Source: Amoebophrya sp. A120
Taxonomy: Eukaryota > Protista > Dinoflagellata
DNA length: 64,000 nucleotides
Direction of reading: 5' to 3'
Assembly (NCBI GenBank): GCA_905178155.1
Contig: CAJINV010000007.1
Location: 1,395,341 to 1,459,340, forward strand
Notes under the pieces: model-generated
What the model saw: the letters and a program-made list of their open reading frames with translations, nothing else
The model's database searches: none
Told to the model about the DNA's origin: nothing
Part shown: positions 12,496 to 25,557 of the stretch, piece by piece
How positions within the stretch are numbered: position 1 is the first letter of the stretch
How the letters are laid out: each line of letters starts with the position of its first letter
Translations under genes and position numbers: made by a program

Positions 12496-13551
12496 GACCA
12501 CGTTGAGAGAACTGAAAGCAGTTCGGCCTTTTGTTGAAAATATTTCCGGAATCGAACAGAAGCGATAGTGTCGCTTTATTTCCCTATTCAATTTTCTATC
12601 AAGTGCTCAAACAGACTTTGAGAACAGTTGTACTACCATTGGAGTATCTACTTCAACGAGGTGGTAAGTATCGACGCTGATCTTGACCATGTTCCCTTGA
12701 AACGCGAACCTGGAATAAATCGGAGTGGCGTCTTGAACGTTCCTTGCCACCCCTCGAGAGAAAAATGTCGGATATGATGCAAAGATTTCGGTTCGGTATT
12801 TCTGATTGCAGCTAATATCACTGTGAGATAATCTACCTGATGAAAAACGTGCTCTTTCATCCATCGAAAAAGTACTCCGACTGAATTACATTTTGTATAT
12901 TCACCCAACGGAACAATCGGAATAAAGTCGGAAAAAATCTATCGCTCGTCATCTTGAACCCAAATCAGCTCTCATTTTCCGAGACCACAAACCTCAATCT
13001 GAAAGATCTAGATCCCATGGTAATTTTCGGCCTTTAGTTGTAGCATTTCAAACTGGACGTAAGATTCAAGTTTGCAAATGGGTGCATTTTGGTTACTTCG
13101 AAAAAAGCTTGAAGTGGCCTCAGGAGGCAACGAGCAAGGTTTTTGTCGAGGTGAAAGAACAACTGAACTAAGTTTTTAGTAGTTTCACTTCGTCGAGCTC
13201 GAGCTACCTCCTTCAAAATCAAACTTGGCTAGTTTTTGCTGCCTCTTTTTCACTACGCTACATTCGTTTACGTTTATGTTGCCTTATGTAAACAACTTAC
13301 TGAAAGAGAAAGAATTGCAATGTGCTCGCTGTATCTGCTAGACTTTCTTTGACACGACCACGAAGCGTGAAGATCAACACTGCTTGAAATTCGAAGCTGT
13401 TACTACACAACGAGTTTCCGCAAGTGCAGTTGGATCCTAGCAATCAAAAACCAATTCGCGCTGCTGACCTAAGAATCTAAGCCCTAAACCCGAAAGAACC
13501 GTCGGCAAACGCGGCAACCAACCCTAAACCGTAACCGTACTATTTTACACA

Positions 13552-16500
13552 ATGCCGCCGCCCAACGCAACCAAAGGGGGCGGGAAAAGCCCCACAGGAG
13601 TCGGAGGGCAGGAGCCAAGCTCTGGCACACCTACAACTTCTACCACCTCCGCTCCCATCGTGGGTGGTATGGCGTGCCGTTTCCCCCAGTCCCGGACGAC
13701 TGCAGAATTCTGGGAGAACTTGATCACGGGAAAAAACATGATTACCCAGGACGACGAGCACTGGGAATCGGGTTTCCACAACCAATTACCCCTGGGAAAA
13801 GGATCGGTCCAGAAACAGGAGTACTTTGACACGTTCTTTTTCAACATGAGCGGCGCGCAGGCCGAAAAAACCGATCCGCAGCTACGGTTTCTGTTGGAGC
13901 TGTCGTATGAAGCACTCTGTGATTCCAACCTGGACATCCAGAAACTGAAAGGGAGCAACTGCGGGGTGTTTGTCGGTACCGTAAAGTGTTTATTCGGTTG
14001 GTTCTTGCATCTCTTGGTCTTGCCTGAGCAGGCCCTTCAATGGTTGAGTTCAAGTTCTGACGGTTCAACATGCATCAAATCCACCGCATAAAGACCGAGT
14101 GAACTCCATGCGCGAGATACTTAAAATTAAAATCCGCCATCAATTATTATGAATCAGGTTCCTGTTTTTCCGATTGCCACAAGGCTTGGCTGCACGACGT
14201 CCCGGCCATCACCGGTTACGAGAATACGGGCTGCGCGCAGTCCATGTACGCGAACCGGCTTTCGTTCTTCTACGATTTCCACGGACCTTCCTTCAACGTC
14301 GACACGGCTTGCTCCTCTTCCCTCGTGGCCTTCTCCCAAGCGTGCCGAGCTTTGGAGGCAGGCGAGTGCGACGTGTGTCTGGTGGGAGGAAGCTCCATCA
14401 CCCTCCACGCGGGCGTCTCCGTGGCGTTCAACCGGTTGCACATGTTGAGTCCGGACTCCGCGTGCATGAGTTTCTCGAAGAACGGGAACGGGTACGCGAG
14501 AAGCGAGGGCGTCGCGATGTTGGTGCTCTACCGGGAGGACAAGGTCGGGCAGTATTGTCGGAATCCGCTCTGCAAAAACCCGACGCCCAACAGTTACTTC
14601 AAGGTCCTCGGGTTCGGGATAAACAGTGACGGGTTCACGAAGAAGGGGATCACCTTCCCGAATGGCGAAGCCCAGTACGACCTGTACAGACAGGTGTGCA
14701 AACAGGCGAACGTGGACCCGTCAGAAATTTTTTACATCGAAGCGCACGGAACCGGGACCGCGGCGGGGGACGGACAGGAGCTGGAGGCGCTGAGAAGGGC
14801 GTACTTGGAACCAAGGAAAAAAATAAATTCTGCGGAAAATAGTAACAAAAAAGCGAACCTCGATAGTTGTACAACTAGCACATCAACAAGCGTACAGCAG
14901 CCACTCCTGCTCGGGTCTGTGAAATCCAACATGGGCCACGCGGAGGGCGCGAGTGCCATGGCGGGTTTGATCAAGCTCTGTCTGTCCTGGTCCCAGAAAC
15001 AGATCCCGGCGAACTTACACTACACCTACGAGGACCGGAATAAGGGGTGTGAGCAGATGCTGGGCGATTTGACGAAGTGCCAAGTGGTCGAGAAGAACTA
15101 CCCGATTGAGGAGCCAAACGAGAAAAAAGTCGCAATTTCTTCCTTCGGGTTTGGAGGCACCAACGCGCACGCAGTGCTGTCGGGTCAGGTAAACGCGGAC
15201 AACATGACCTCAGAGGACTCGAAGATGAACAAAGTGACCAACCGGGCGCTGTCTGAGAAGATTTGTGAGGAGGAGAAGTGGCGGCTGATTACGCCGATTT
15301 ACGGCAGGACTGCGGACGGGGTGCACGCGGCGTTGGAGGCTTTGCAGGAGAAAAACATCGCGTTTGACCACTTGGTCGGGCCACCGAGCGTCCACGACCA
15401 CTTGAAAGAATTTCCCGCGATGGGGTACAAGACGCTAGGGGGTGATATCGTCACTTCCGACGAGCCGCAGCCGTACGTGGTCGGTCGTGCGGAGAGTGGT
15501 GAAGAATCTTCACCACTACAGGAGGAGCAAAAGAACGACCAAAAGCGCCGTCCCCTCTGGCTGCTCTTTTCCGGCAACGGCGGCATGTGGCCGTTGATGG
15601 GGAAGGACTTGTACGAAAACAGTAAAATCTACCGCGAAACCTTCGACAAGTGCTGCGAGCATTTGCACAAAGAGCACAACTACGACAAATTGAAGCAGTT
15701 TCTGACCGAACCGGACGTGACGAAGTACACAGCGGTGGAAGGGGTTTGCGGTTTGGCGGCCGTGCAGATCTCGCTCATCGAGGTGTTGCGGCGAGCGGGG
15801 CTGCAGTGGGACGGCATGTTCGGGCATTCCGCTGGGGAGACCGCGATGGGGTATGCGGACGGGTGCTTGACGCTGGAGGAGACCATGTCGGTTGCGTACT
15901 ACCGGTCCCTCTGCGGTGCGGATTCGGTGGACAAGGAAAACCCGGGGGGGATGTACGCCTGCGGGGTTTCCCGCGAGAAGATGGAAGAGCTGCTGCAAGC
16001 GTACCACTGCACGCGGCTCACGCAGGTGGGCTGCGACAACGACCCCTCGATGGTGACGCTGAGCGGGTCGGAACGGGAGATGAAGCCGATTACCGTGGAA
16101 CTGACCGCGAAAAAAATCCTCTGCCGGAAGGTCCCCACCTTCGGCGTCGCGTTCCACTCCGCCATGCTGGAACCGGGACTCGCGAAGTTGAAAGAGCAGC
16201 TGGAGAAAGTTATTGACAACGCACCGGGGAAACCGAAAGAGCAGCGCCGGCGATCTTCCAAGTGGGTTTCCACGTGCTACGACGACGATGTGATCCGGAA
16301 AGACCCGAATCACCCCGGGAACTTCGTGTCCGCCGAGTACCACTACTACAACTTCCGCAACACGGTAGAATTTTACCGGGCGGTGAAATCCCGAGTGCCG
16401 GCCAACGCGGTGGTGGTGGAGGTGGGACCGAGCGGCTTGTTCCGGTCCTCGATCAAAAAGATCGCGGCCGTGGAGAAGCGGCCGATGCACTACTTTTCGC

Positions 16501-19500
16501 TGATGTCGCGGGACAAAAATTCGCTCCACACCTTCCAAAACGCGTTTGGCCAGCTGATGTTCCAGGGTTTGGTGAAGGAATTGACCGTGGACTTCGCAAA
16601 GCCGGAAAAGCAGTTGTTGCCGAAGGACATTCCCGTGATCGCGTCCGATTTGAAACTGAAGCAGGTGTTCACGATGTGGGACCACGGGACGATCTACCCG
16701 ATCCCCGGGATTTCCGATATGGTCAACAAAACCGGCGCGGTCGGGGAGCAGGAGATGGGAAATTTGTCCGGGGAGGACTGGAAAAACATCCACATCGTGG
16801 AGTTTGATTTCTCGACGGAGCGAGACAGTTTCATCATGGACCACGTGATCGACAACACGGTCTTGATGCCGGCGTGCGGCTACATCTTCGCGGCCTGGGA
16901 GTCGTTTGCGAACGTGTTGAGGAAGAGAGGTTTAATCCAGGAACTGAACGAGGCCCGGGACGTGAAACTGGTGGACTTCAAGATCCACCAGGGCATCAGG
17001 CTCGACGAGTCGAACGTCCAGATGAAGCTGACCGTGCGGTTCTCGCCGGCAAGTGGAGACGGTGCCGCGAATGTGAACGGGGAGGAGTATAAAATCTTCT
17101 ACGGGGAGGAACACATTGTGACTGGAAGGATCAAGTTGGAGAAAAGTACGACTTCTGGTGGTCCGGCCGCTGCTCCACCAAACACGACTGTCGTCGCACC
17201 GCTCGGAGGTAGTCCAAACGAAAACATGAATAACGTGCCAGACTCTGACACGTTCGGGCACGCCCTGGGCGCGGTCACTGCGAACGAGTTTTACTGCCGG
17301 ATTGCGCGGAACGGCTACAATTACGAAAACGCCTTCCAACTGGTCGAGAACGTCGGGATTGACGACAGTTGGGCGTGGGTCAGGTTCGACCACGCAGTGG
17401 AATTGGTGCAGTCCGCGGTGCAAGCCGCTACGGCCGATGTCGCGAAGGACCAGACGGGGGCGAGCAATGTCGCGGAGAAGGGGCAGTTGGGGGACAGCAG
17501 TTCCAAGCAGAAGTTGGAGCTGCAGGACGACATCGTTTTCAACCGCTACTGGATCTCGTTTCTGGACAACTTGCTGCAGGTGTCTCTGCTGAAAAACCTG
17601 AACGATTCCGCGACACTGCGAGTGCCGACGTCCATCCGCGAAATCTGCATCCGCGGATCGCAATTTGGGAATTTCCTGCGGAAAATGCGGGAAGGGACGG
17701 TGGGGATGCGGCACATCGAGTCGACGGATTCGGTGCAGTCCCGGGCGTCCTCCTTGGAGAACAAGGAGCCGGGGGTCATGATGGACAAGGAGCGGAAACT
17801 GTTTCTCGTCGAAGCCCAAGCGCAGTCCGGGACGCAGTTGGTGAAAATTTTGCCCTACATGAACCAAGTGGCCAGTGACATCGCGGACGTCACGGGGTTA
17901 GCGACCTCGATTATGGCCCGATCGACCAAAGCGAAGGAGAAACGGGTACTGCACGTGGCGCGGAAAAAGATCTTCGACTTGAAAAACGCGGTCAACGTGC
18001 GGAAGGACGCGGTACTTTTTAGAAAACATAAACATCTCTTAGTACATGAATGTGCTTTGGCATAAGACACCGACTATGCAGTATCTTGCAGTATCTACTT
18101 ACTTTTTCGTCGTTTATTTTTGCATGACAAGTTCTCTGTTGACATTCTCCAAAAACCACACCATCGAAACAGACCGCCATTTCTCTCCTTCTCTCCTACC
18201 TGAAAGAGCAATTTGTCTCTGGAAACTTCACCGTTGTCGACTTTCTCCCGGTGTCCATGCAGGAGCTGACGCAGAAGGTGATGGAGACTTCCAATGTGGA
18301 AAAGTTTTCCGTATGAAATGCAAATATGTCTGGGTCTGGAAAGTTGTGATGCTGGGTGGCGTATCATGAGGTGGCCAGCACAAGTGCTGGCTCAGCATGA
18401 CAAGTTTCTGAGCTTCTAGGTGCTGCCTATTCTGCATGACAAACTGCGTGTCTGCATGACAGAAAAGTGGGGCTCTTGGGTAATGTGCATGACAAATTTA
18501 AGAGTCATGTCCATGTGAGACAAGCATGACAAACTCGCACTATTCCAGACCCAGACATTTTTGCAGTTGATATTCTGTTCTGTTCGACAAAACTCTCGAC
18601 GAAACGAAGAAGCAGGAGTACCAGCAGAAATCCGACGGGGTGTGTGAAGAAGTGAAAGAGAACGAAAAATTCGATGTCGCTCTAGTCCACGACGAGAGTG
18701 TCTTACCGGAGCAGATAACGAAGGTGGACTCGCTGCTTGCGACGGAAGAATCGAAAGCGGAGGAGTTTCAACCCCCGTTCGTGATCGTGAAGTCTGACAC
18801 AACTGGGAAGATGTTGCAGGGCCAACTACCGGTCGCGAACTTGTTCTCCAAAGTGATTCGTGTGAACGCGTTGGAAACCGGGAATGAATTCATATTGTAC
18901 AAAAAGACACCGGCGAAGCCAGCACTGAGTGCAAGAACTTCTGGCACTTCGAACAATCATGCAGAACTACAGGGCACCAGCAATGCCTCTGCCACGGCAC
19001 ATCAACTGAACCCCGCGTTGCTCCAGTCGCAAGTGCTGCAATTTTCCGGCTACGACGGGTTGGAAGTGAGCAAAGAGCAAGTAAAAGAATATGAGCAACT
19101 TTTCCTTCGGTTGTCTGACGACTGCTTCACGAAGGACAACATCAGGAAACTCGCACAGTTTCTTCAGGAGGTGAACGACAGCGAGAAGTACCCCAAACTG
19201 CAGAAACTGTTTCTACTCGCCGGCGCAAACGGCTTCCCGGGCTTTCTCCGTTGCGTGCAGAAGGAGCCGAGTTTTTCGAAGATCCGCGGAGTCCACTTGG
19301 TTTCAAACTCATCTGCGAATATATCTGTCGGGTACAGTAACGAAGCCTCCGAGCGGATTGCGAATGCTCTCCCCCAAATCTCTCAACTCGACGCCAGACT
19401 GATCCGGTTGGACGTGAAAACCAAGCAGCTCTCGGTCGAGCTTTCCTTTTACGAGGAGGAGCAGCCGAAATACCCGGCCCCGTTTGGGGAGTTCCTCACC

Positions 19501-22500
19501 TTCCCGCAGCCGGGGAACCTAGAGGCGTTCGCCTGGAAGGCGCACCCGCACTTTTCCGTGTTGTCGCTCGGGGACGAGGTGGAGAACCCGAGGGAATTTG
19601 GGACCATGCTGCTGCCGCAGATTGTGACGAAAAATTCGTCCGGCGTCGGGACGACAAGCTTACTATTGGACGAAACGGAAGCGAGTCTACCGCCGAACGG
19701 AACAGGAGCAAATACTGGCACAACTTTGCTGCAAATTGAAGTCGCGGCGGATAAATATACGTGCTTATCCTCCAGAGCAGCGGAAACGTTGCCGCAGAAA
19801 TCCACCAGCAAGGGAACCACTACGAGCGAAAACGAACGGTCGACCTCCGGATTGTTCTCCAACCTCTTCGGCGGAGGGAGTAGCAACAACCTCCAGGCAC
19901 TGAAAAAGGACAACGGCACCCCGGGAGGGAATAAAGTCGCAGGTAGTACTATCGCGAAAAACTACTCCCCCAGTTCCGACGGAAAGATACAACAAGATGG
20001 GGACTTTCTCTCGGACACGGACGCGAATCTTTTCACAGAGGCAGCGCTCTCCCGGAAGTTGCAAACGGAATATTTGAAGCAGGTGACGGCGAACGCGACG
20101 AAGGATCTGCAGCAGTTCAACCGGCTGAACAACACGAACGGGAATAATAAGACCGGCACTTCTAGCAAGAAAAGACAACTCCGGTCCGTCGACGTTTCCT
20201 TCGCTGCCTTGAACTTCCGGGATATCATGCTAGCGTATAACAAAATCGACAAAGACGCGATCGTCGGCCATAGTAAGATGGGCGACGGGTTCGGTTTGGA
20301 GTTCGCGGGGTACTACACCCCCTCCGATTCGTTATCCGGCTTCGCCGAACAGGCGTACCACGGCTCCGACATGTTTTCCGGACACCATCATCACCTCAGT
20401 GGGAATGAAAATGAAAACAAAATCAAGGTGATCGGCTTGACCTACAACAGTATCGCAAGAAAAAACTGTTTCATTGTAAACTTGTGATGCAGAAAATGCA
20501 TCTGAGAAGTGTTTGTCTTGCTACACATGCAAGACAATAGCTGTGTTTTCCCTAGGGAATCTCGCATGGCAAATTTTCTCTGTGATGTAGAGCAAACTTG
20601 TGACGCAGATCTTGCAAAATCATCACAATGAAACAGTTTTTTCCTGTGATAAACAGTCTCGCGACGAAGGTCACCGTTCCGGCGAACTTGTTGTGGGAGT
20701 TGAAACCCAATCAGGAGTTGCGGCATTATGCCACCGTGCCCTGCGTGTACGCAACCTGCTACTACAGCTTGCTGGTTCGGGGGCAATTCACGCCGGAAAC
20801 TTCGGTCTTGATCCACGCGGGCGCGGGCGGGGTGGGGCAGGCAGCGCTGTACATCTGCTTAAAGAGGACCAGTGACCCGAGTCTTATCTTCACAACCTGC
20901 AGCACGAAGAAGCGGCAGTATTTGCTGGAGAAGTTCGGGCATTTGGGGTTGCAGGAGAAGAACATCGGGAACACGAGGGACACAAGCTTCGAGCAACTTG
21001 TGATGAAGAACACCAATGGCCGCGGGGTGGACATCTGTCTGAACAGCTTGTCCGACGAGAAACTGATGGCGAGTGTCCGGTGCGTGGCGGCGTTCGGTCG
21101 GTTCTGCGAGATCGGGAAGTACGATTTGATGCAGAACACCGGGCTGGGGATGCATTGTCTGTTGAAGAACGTGTCGATTATGGGGATCGATCTGGACCAG
21201 ATCCTGAACCAGCCGAGAGAGTGGGCGACCGTGCACAGGTTGGTGCAGGAAGGGATTCTGTCTGGCGAGGTCGAACCCTTAGACGTCGGTGGGTGTTTCT
21301 CGATGCGGCAAATCACCGAAGCGTTCCGGTTCATGGGCGCGGGGACGCACGTCGGCAAGGTTCTGTTGCAGTTTGACAATACTAGCACGAAGGGAGATGA
21401 TGTTGGCTCCGGCTCCGCCTCCACCACTGCGGGCGACATGACCAGCCGGTCCGAGTCTAGAGAATCAGACGCGGCGGGAACTATAATGGCAAACAAAGCT
21501 GCGGCGGGAACTATGGGCTTCAACCCACCAGGACGAACGAATATTGCAGGCGCATCAAATAGTACTTCTTCTACCGTTGAGCAGTCCCCAGCTTCTTCAT
21601 TATCCAACAACGGCGGAAAATGGTCGGTATTAACCGACGCCCACAGCGAGCATCTAGTCGCGGACACGCCGAACTTCACTCCGAAGAATCCGAACCGGGA
21701 CGGGTATTTGATTATCGGGGGTCTCGGTGGGTTCGGGTTGGAGTTAGCGGAGTTTCTGGCGATGAAGGGCGTGAAGCACATCGTTCTCTCGTCCCGCGGC
21801 ACCATCCGGAACGGGCTGCAGGCGAAGTATTTGACGAAAATCTGCAAGGTGTACGGGTGTCACATTTCCGTCACGAACGTGAATTTCGCAGACAAGGCGA
21901 AATGCGAAAAGTTCCTGAACCAGAATAAGCACATCGCGGGGTTTTTCAACCTCGGAATGGTGTTGGCGGACGGGCTGTTTCACAAGATGGAGGGCAACCA
22001 GTGGGCGACGCCGATCTTGGCGAAGGGGATCATCACGGAGAATTTTTCCGAAGTCGCACAGAAACTGAATCTCGAGTTCGACCACTTTGTGTGTTTCAGT
22101 TCGGTTTCCGCCGGGCTCGGGAACGCGGGGCAGACGAACTACGGGTTTGCGAACGCCGAGCTCGACCATTTGATCCGAATGCGGAACCAAAACGGGTTGT
22201 CCGGGTTGTCGTTGCAATGGGGCGCGATCGGGGACGTGGGGGTGTTGTCCCGGGCGAATTCGAAGAAAACCGGGCTGGTAGACGCGGTTCTGCCACAGGA
22301 AATCCAATCCTGTCTGCAGGAACTGGAGAAGCTTCTCGCGAGCAACAGTACCGGGGTCCACACGGTCTACTTGACGCCCAAACGGGTGAAGGACGACTCG
22401 ACTTCGAACGATAGCTCGGTCCCGTTGGAGCAGAAAGTACGGGAGATCGTGGGGGCAAAAGCAACCGTGAAAGACACCGCGACCTTGGAAATGTTGGGTG

Positions 22501-22619
22501 CGGATTCGCTGCAGTCGATGGAGATCCAGTCTCTGATCAAAATGCGGACCGGAGAGAAAATCGCCATGGACAAACTCAGCAAGATGACGCTGAAGCAAAT
22601 CCGGGAGTTGGAAGGGTAA
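13552..22619 (+). CDS. Single-module type I fatty acid synthase/PKS (KS-AT-DH-ER-KR-ACP, about 2720 aa), animal-FASN-like. Exons 13552-13975, 14158-18011, 18263-18311, 18578-20450, 20657-22619
   Basis: KS motifs DTACSSS, EAHGTGT, KSNMGHAE and FGFGGTNAH. AT motifs GHSAGE and AFHS. DH motifs DHVIDNTVLMP and DNLLQ. ER motifs LNFRD and LIHAGAGGVGQAA. KR motifs GGLGGFG, GQTNYGFAN and QWGAIGDVG. ACP motif LGADSL. The joined exons total 8163 nt in frame. Confidence 0.93.
18312..18572. mobile_element. Introner-like inverted-repeat intron, family A (261 bp, direct repeat TTCCG/TTCTG)
   Basis: Ends TATGAAATGCAAATATGTCTGGGTCTGGAA and TTCCAGACCCAGACATTTTTGCAGTTGATA. Removal gives EKFSVLFDK in frame. Confidence 0.88.
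20451..20651. mobile_element. Introner-like inverted-repeat intron, family C-like (201 bp, direct repeat AACAG)
   Basis: Ends TATCGCAAGAAAAAACTGTTTCATTGT and ACAATGAAACAGTTTTTTCCTGTGATA. Removal gives TYNSLATK in frame inside the ER domain. Confidence 0.9.
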
Positions 22620-22955
22620 ATAAATGGGGTTGGCGGAAAAAAAGAATTGCAATTGGTTTAGTAGCTCTTGTACTAGCTGCGGCTACGCAAGAACCTTGCT
22701 TCTACCTCTTTTTTTGGACACCGCCGATGCAGAGCAGCAGTCTCTTCTTTGTAGTACCTCCGTGGGTTACTCATTCTTTTTTTGCCTCAGACTCCAGATT
22801 CATCTCGAAGCTTCAACTATCCCCGCTGTAAATTGGTGTAGCATAGCGTTTTTGACTGGGGAACGGTTGAAGCTTACTTGGTGCTTGGAGAGCTGAGAAA
22901 TGGTTGATAAAAAGCTGTTGACACGCAGGCGCTAGACGAAGTAGTCACTGACACG

Positions 22956-23079
22956 TATTTTTATGAGATAAATATTCGTAGAGAAAAGTCGTGAAAACTC
23001 GTGAAATGTGTCGTTTTTCATGTATATTCGTTCATATTCATATCCATTTCCGGCTGGGAAATTTGATTTTCATTTTCTC
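22956..23079 (+). repeat. Split direct repeat A1 (124 bp)
   Basis: Reads identical to 34678-34801. Confidence 0.95.
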
Positions 23080-23609
23080 TGTATGAGATTATGTTTTCTG
23101 CTTAGTACTCTCGAGTACCGAGCAGAGCTTACTCTGTACTTTTGTCCGCCTCTCTGTTTCTCTTCTCGAGCGTCAGGCTAGCCTGGCAATCGAGTAGAAA
23201 ACATTGAGGGTCCTGGAGGGGACACCGGCCTTGTTTTCTTTCCGCATGTCAGAGGACACGCGTGATAGAATCAAGGACAGAGTTAGCGTCATTTATGCCC
23301 TGTATAGTAAATCGCTTCGGCGAGCCCCTCGTACTTCTTTTAAGTGCGTTATCATAGGCATCCAGTGGTAGCGAGATTCCTCGTTGTTTCAGACTCTCGC
23401 AGACACGTATCACCGTACTCTGTTCAGTGCAAAAGCACTTAAAATGACATGTTCACAGCTGTTTCAGTCTTCGCTTTCAGAGAGCACTTTGCACGCATCG
23501 CAATGAATCGAGTCGCTTGCCAGCCTGAGGGAAACTTTTTCTCGTCTTGATTTCAGTTTCACTTCCCTTTCAGTTTTACACCATCCACCGACCATAGACA
23601 CAGAGAGAG

Positions 23610-24760
23610 ATGGAAGGGTACGAGCCGGGAGCCGACGGCTCCAGGCTGACAAAAAAGGAGGCGCTATTCGCATCGCCCACTGCTCTAGTCAAAAAATATG
23701 GGACCGAGCTAGTCCGCACCGGCCCAGTCCACCTGCTCACGCAAGTGCCCAAAATCATCCGCGACGTAAACCCGTTCTTTCGATCCCGGAACGCGGGCAG
23801 AGTAGACCTCACTCCGGTGTGGTACATTGATCGTGGCAGGTCGATTTTCCAGCGGCAGCCCGTGTTTGTCAAGCACAGCGCCTACTTTTTACCGTCGCTT
23901 TCGAGCTTCGGTTCGTACCGGGCGCAGGTCTTCAAGTGTGAAGCAGAGTGGACCTTGTCCCGACGGTCCAGCCTAGGATTGCAGCCGGGGGACTTCCATC
24001 CAGGGGCCGAGGAGTGGTTCACGCAGTTCACTGACCAAAGATCACCGGCATCCACGCTCGCTTCGGAGGACTCACCGCGCGACCCATGCAACAGTACTGC
24101 CTATTTTCAGATGTTTTGCACACAGACACTTTCACAGTTTTTCATGTTCACACCAGGCATTGTTTTGCTATTTTACACCCATTCCGCATTTTATCACCAG
24201 CCCGACCGGAGCTACTGTTTCGCGTCGAGATGATCTTGCACATCCAGCAGCATACCATGCACCCGGCGAAGTGGCAGAACGACGGACCCCAGATGCAGCC
24301 CGAGCAGCTCTGGAAGCTGGCCTTCCCCTTGCACGTGGAGATCAATCATTTACAAAAAGTGCGTTTTGTTTATCGCAGCGACGGAACGCTCCGCGCCAAT
24401 GAGGTGCAGCGAATTCAGCCTTATTTGAACATCAAGAAAGCCAAAAAGGACATTGAAAACTACTTGTACAACGAGCGTGACATCAGATTAGAAAGATCCA
24501 TTGCCACAGACCAGATCCGCTTACGCAATGTCCGCTCGTTCGCTCATGGCAATTTCGCAAAGCAGCTCTTCGCTAACAAGTTAGAAGATGAGCACGTCCC
24601 TTCAGCAAACAACTTCAGCTTTATCTTGCCCACCGTGATCCACAGATCCCAAGACACCCGCACAGCGGGCATTGCACATGCAACGCATGAATATGATGAC
24701 ATAGCGCGCTCTTCCCCTTTGGAAGCAGCAATCGACCAGTACACTCGTGGTGACGTCTAA
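23610..24760 (+). CDS. Retroelement ORF-A, unknown protein of about 347 aa. Exons 23610-24093, 24201-24760
   Basis: GT-AG intron 24094-24200 fuses two ORFs in frame (PCN-T-RPELL). No recognisable motif. Confidence 0.65.
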
Positions 24761-24877
24761 CATGTTTCGTTTCGATTTACAGTTTCAGGCTCAGTTTTAC
24801 TTCCACAAATGCACCGTGCTTACAAACATTTTTCAGGGATTCTCACTTGTGGTAACTTTTTTAGCGATTAGGACGTG

Positions 24878-25498
24878 ATGTCGAAGCCAGTAGAAAAGGG
24901 CAAATCTCCCAGCGGAGAGACCCAGAACAAAGGGAAAGGAGGAATGGATAATTATAAAAACATGTTGATCAACCAAAAACAGCAACGCATCGACAAGTTA
25001 TCTCTGCTGATGACGCATGATACTGTTGATCTGCTGGAGAAGGTTAATTGCGAGAAACGCATCGATTTCATCGTGAATGCAATCAAAGAGCACTGCGCCC
25101 AAGATCAAATCGACAAAATCAATAATTCTTGCCGAAAGTCCAAGCGTGAGTTCCTCAAGGATACTACAATGGCCGAGTACAAAATCAAAGTCCTCAAGGA
25201 CATCAACACCGCCCGCATGAATTTTTTGGAGAAAAACGAGCGCCAGGGACTCTTCTGGAAGGTGCAGCCCTGGCCTTTCGAGCACAATGAACATGATGTG
25301 TACATTTTGTCCGGTGGTGTGTGGCCGGGGACGCCCCTTGGCGAGGATGACTCGTCCGAGGAAGAAGAAGAGGAAGAAGAGGAAGAAGAGTCGTCTTATG
25401 ACGAGCTGCATGACGTCACCTTTTATGATCGTCATTTCCACCCATCGGATTACGACCAGGACTCCTCGGATTCTGATGCCTCTATCGGAAGCGGCTAA
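24878..25498 (+). CDS. Retroelement ORF-B, unknown protein of about 206 aa with a basic N-terminus and acidic poly-E/D tail
   Basis: Open frame with coding-like composition, flanked by AT-rich spacers. Confidence 0.65.
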   Translation: MSKPVEKGKSPSGETQNKGKGGMDNYKNMLINQKQQRIDKLSLLMTHDTVDLLEKVNCEKRIDFIVNAIKEHCAQDQIDKINNSCRKSKREFLKDTTMAEYKIKVLKDINTARMNFLEKNERQGLFWKVQPWPFEHNEHDVYILSGGVWPGTPLGEDDSSEEEEEEEEEEESSYDELHDVTFYDRHFHPSDYDQDSSDSDASIGSG

Positions 25499-25557
25499 TA
25501 GCTTACGATTTTATTAGAATACTTTGTATACACTCCTTCGCAGCAACTTCCAACAGT

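Noticed and set aside
12600-13230. Short minus-strand ORFs between the lectin gene and FAS
   Set aside because: They are under 90 aa with no motifs. They could be a decayed fragment but this is not supportable.
13552-22619. Four separate PKS genes or a bacterial PKS cluster/contaminant
   Set aside because: The ORFs join into one frame through two GT-AG introns and two host-type introners.
15516-22652. Long minus-strand ORFs (442, 311, 361 and 302 aa)
   Set aside because: They are antisense shadows of the codon-biased FAS gene.
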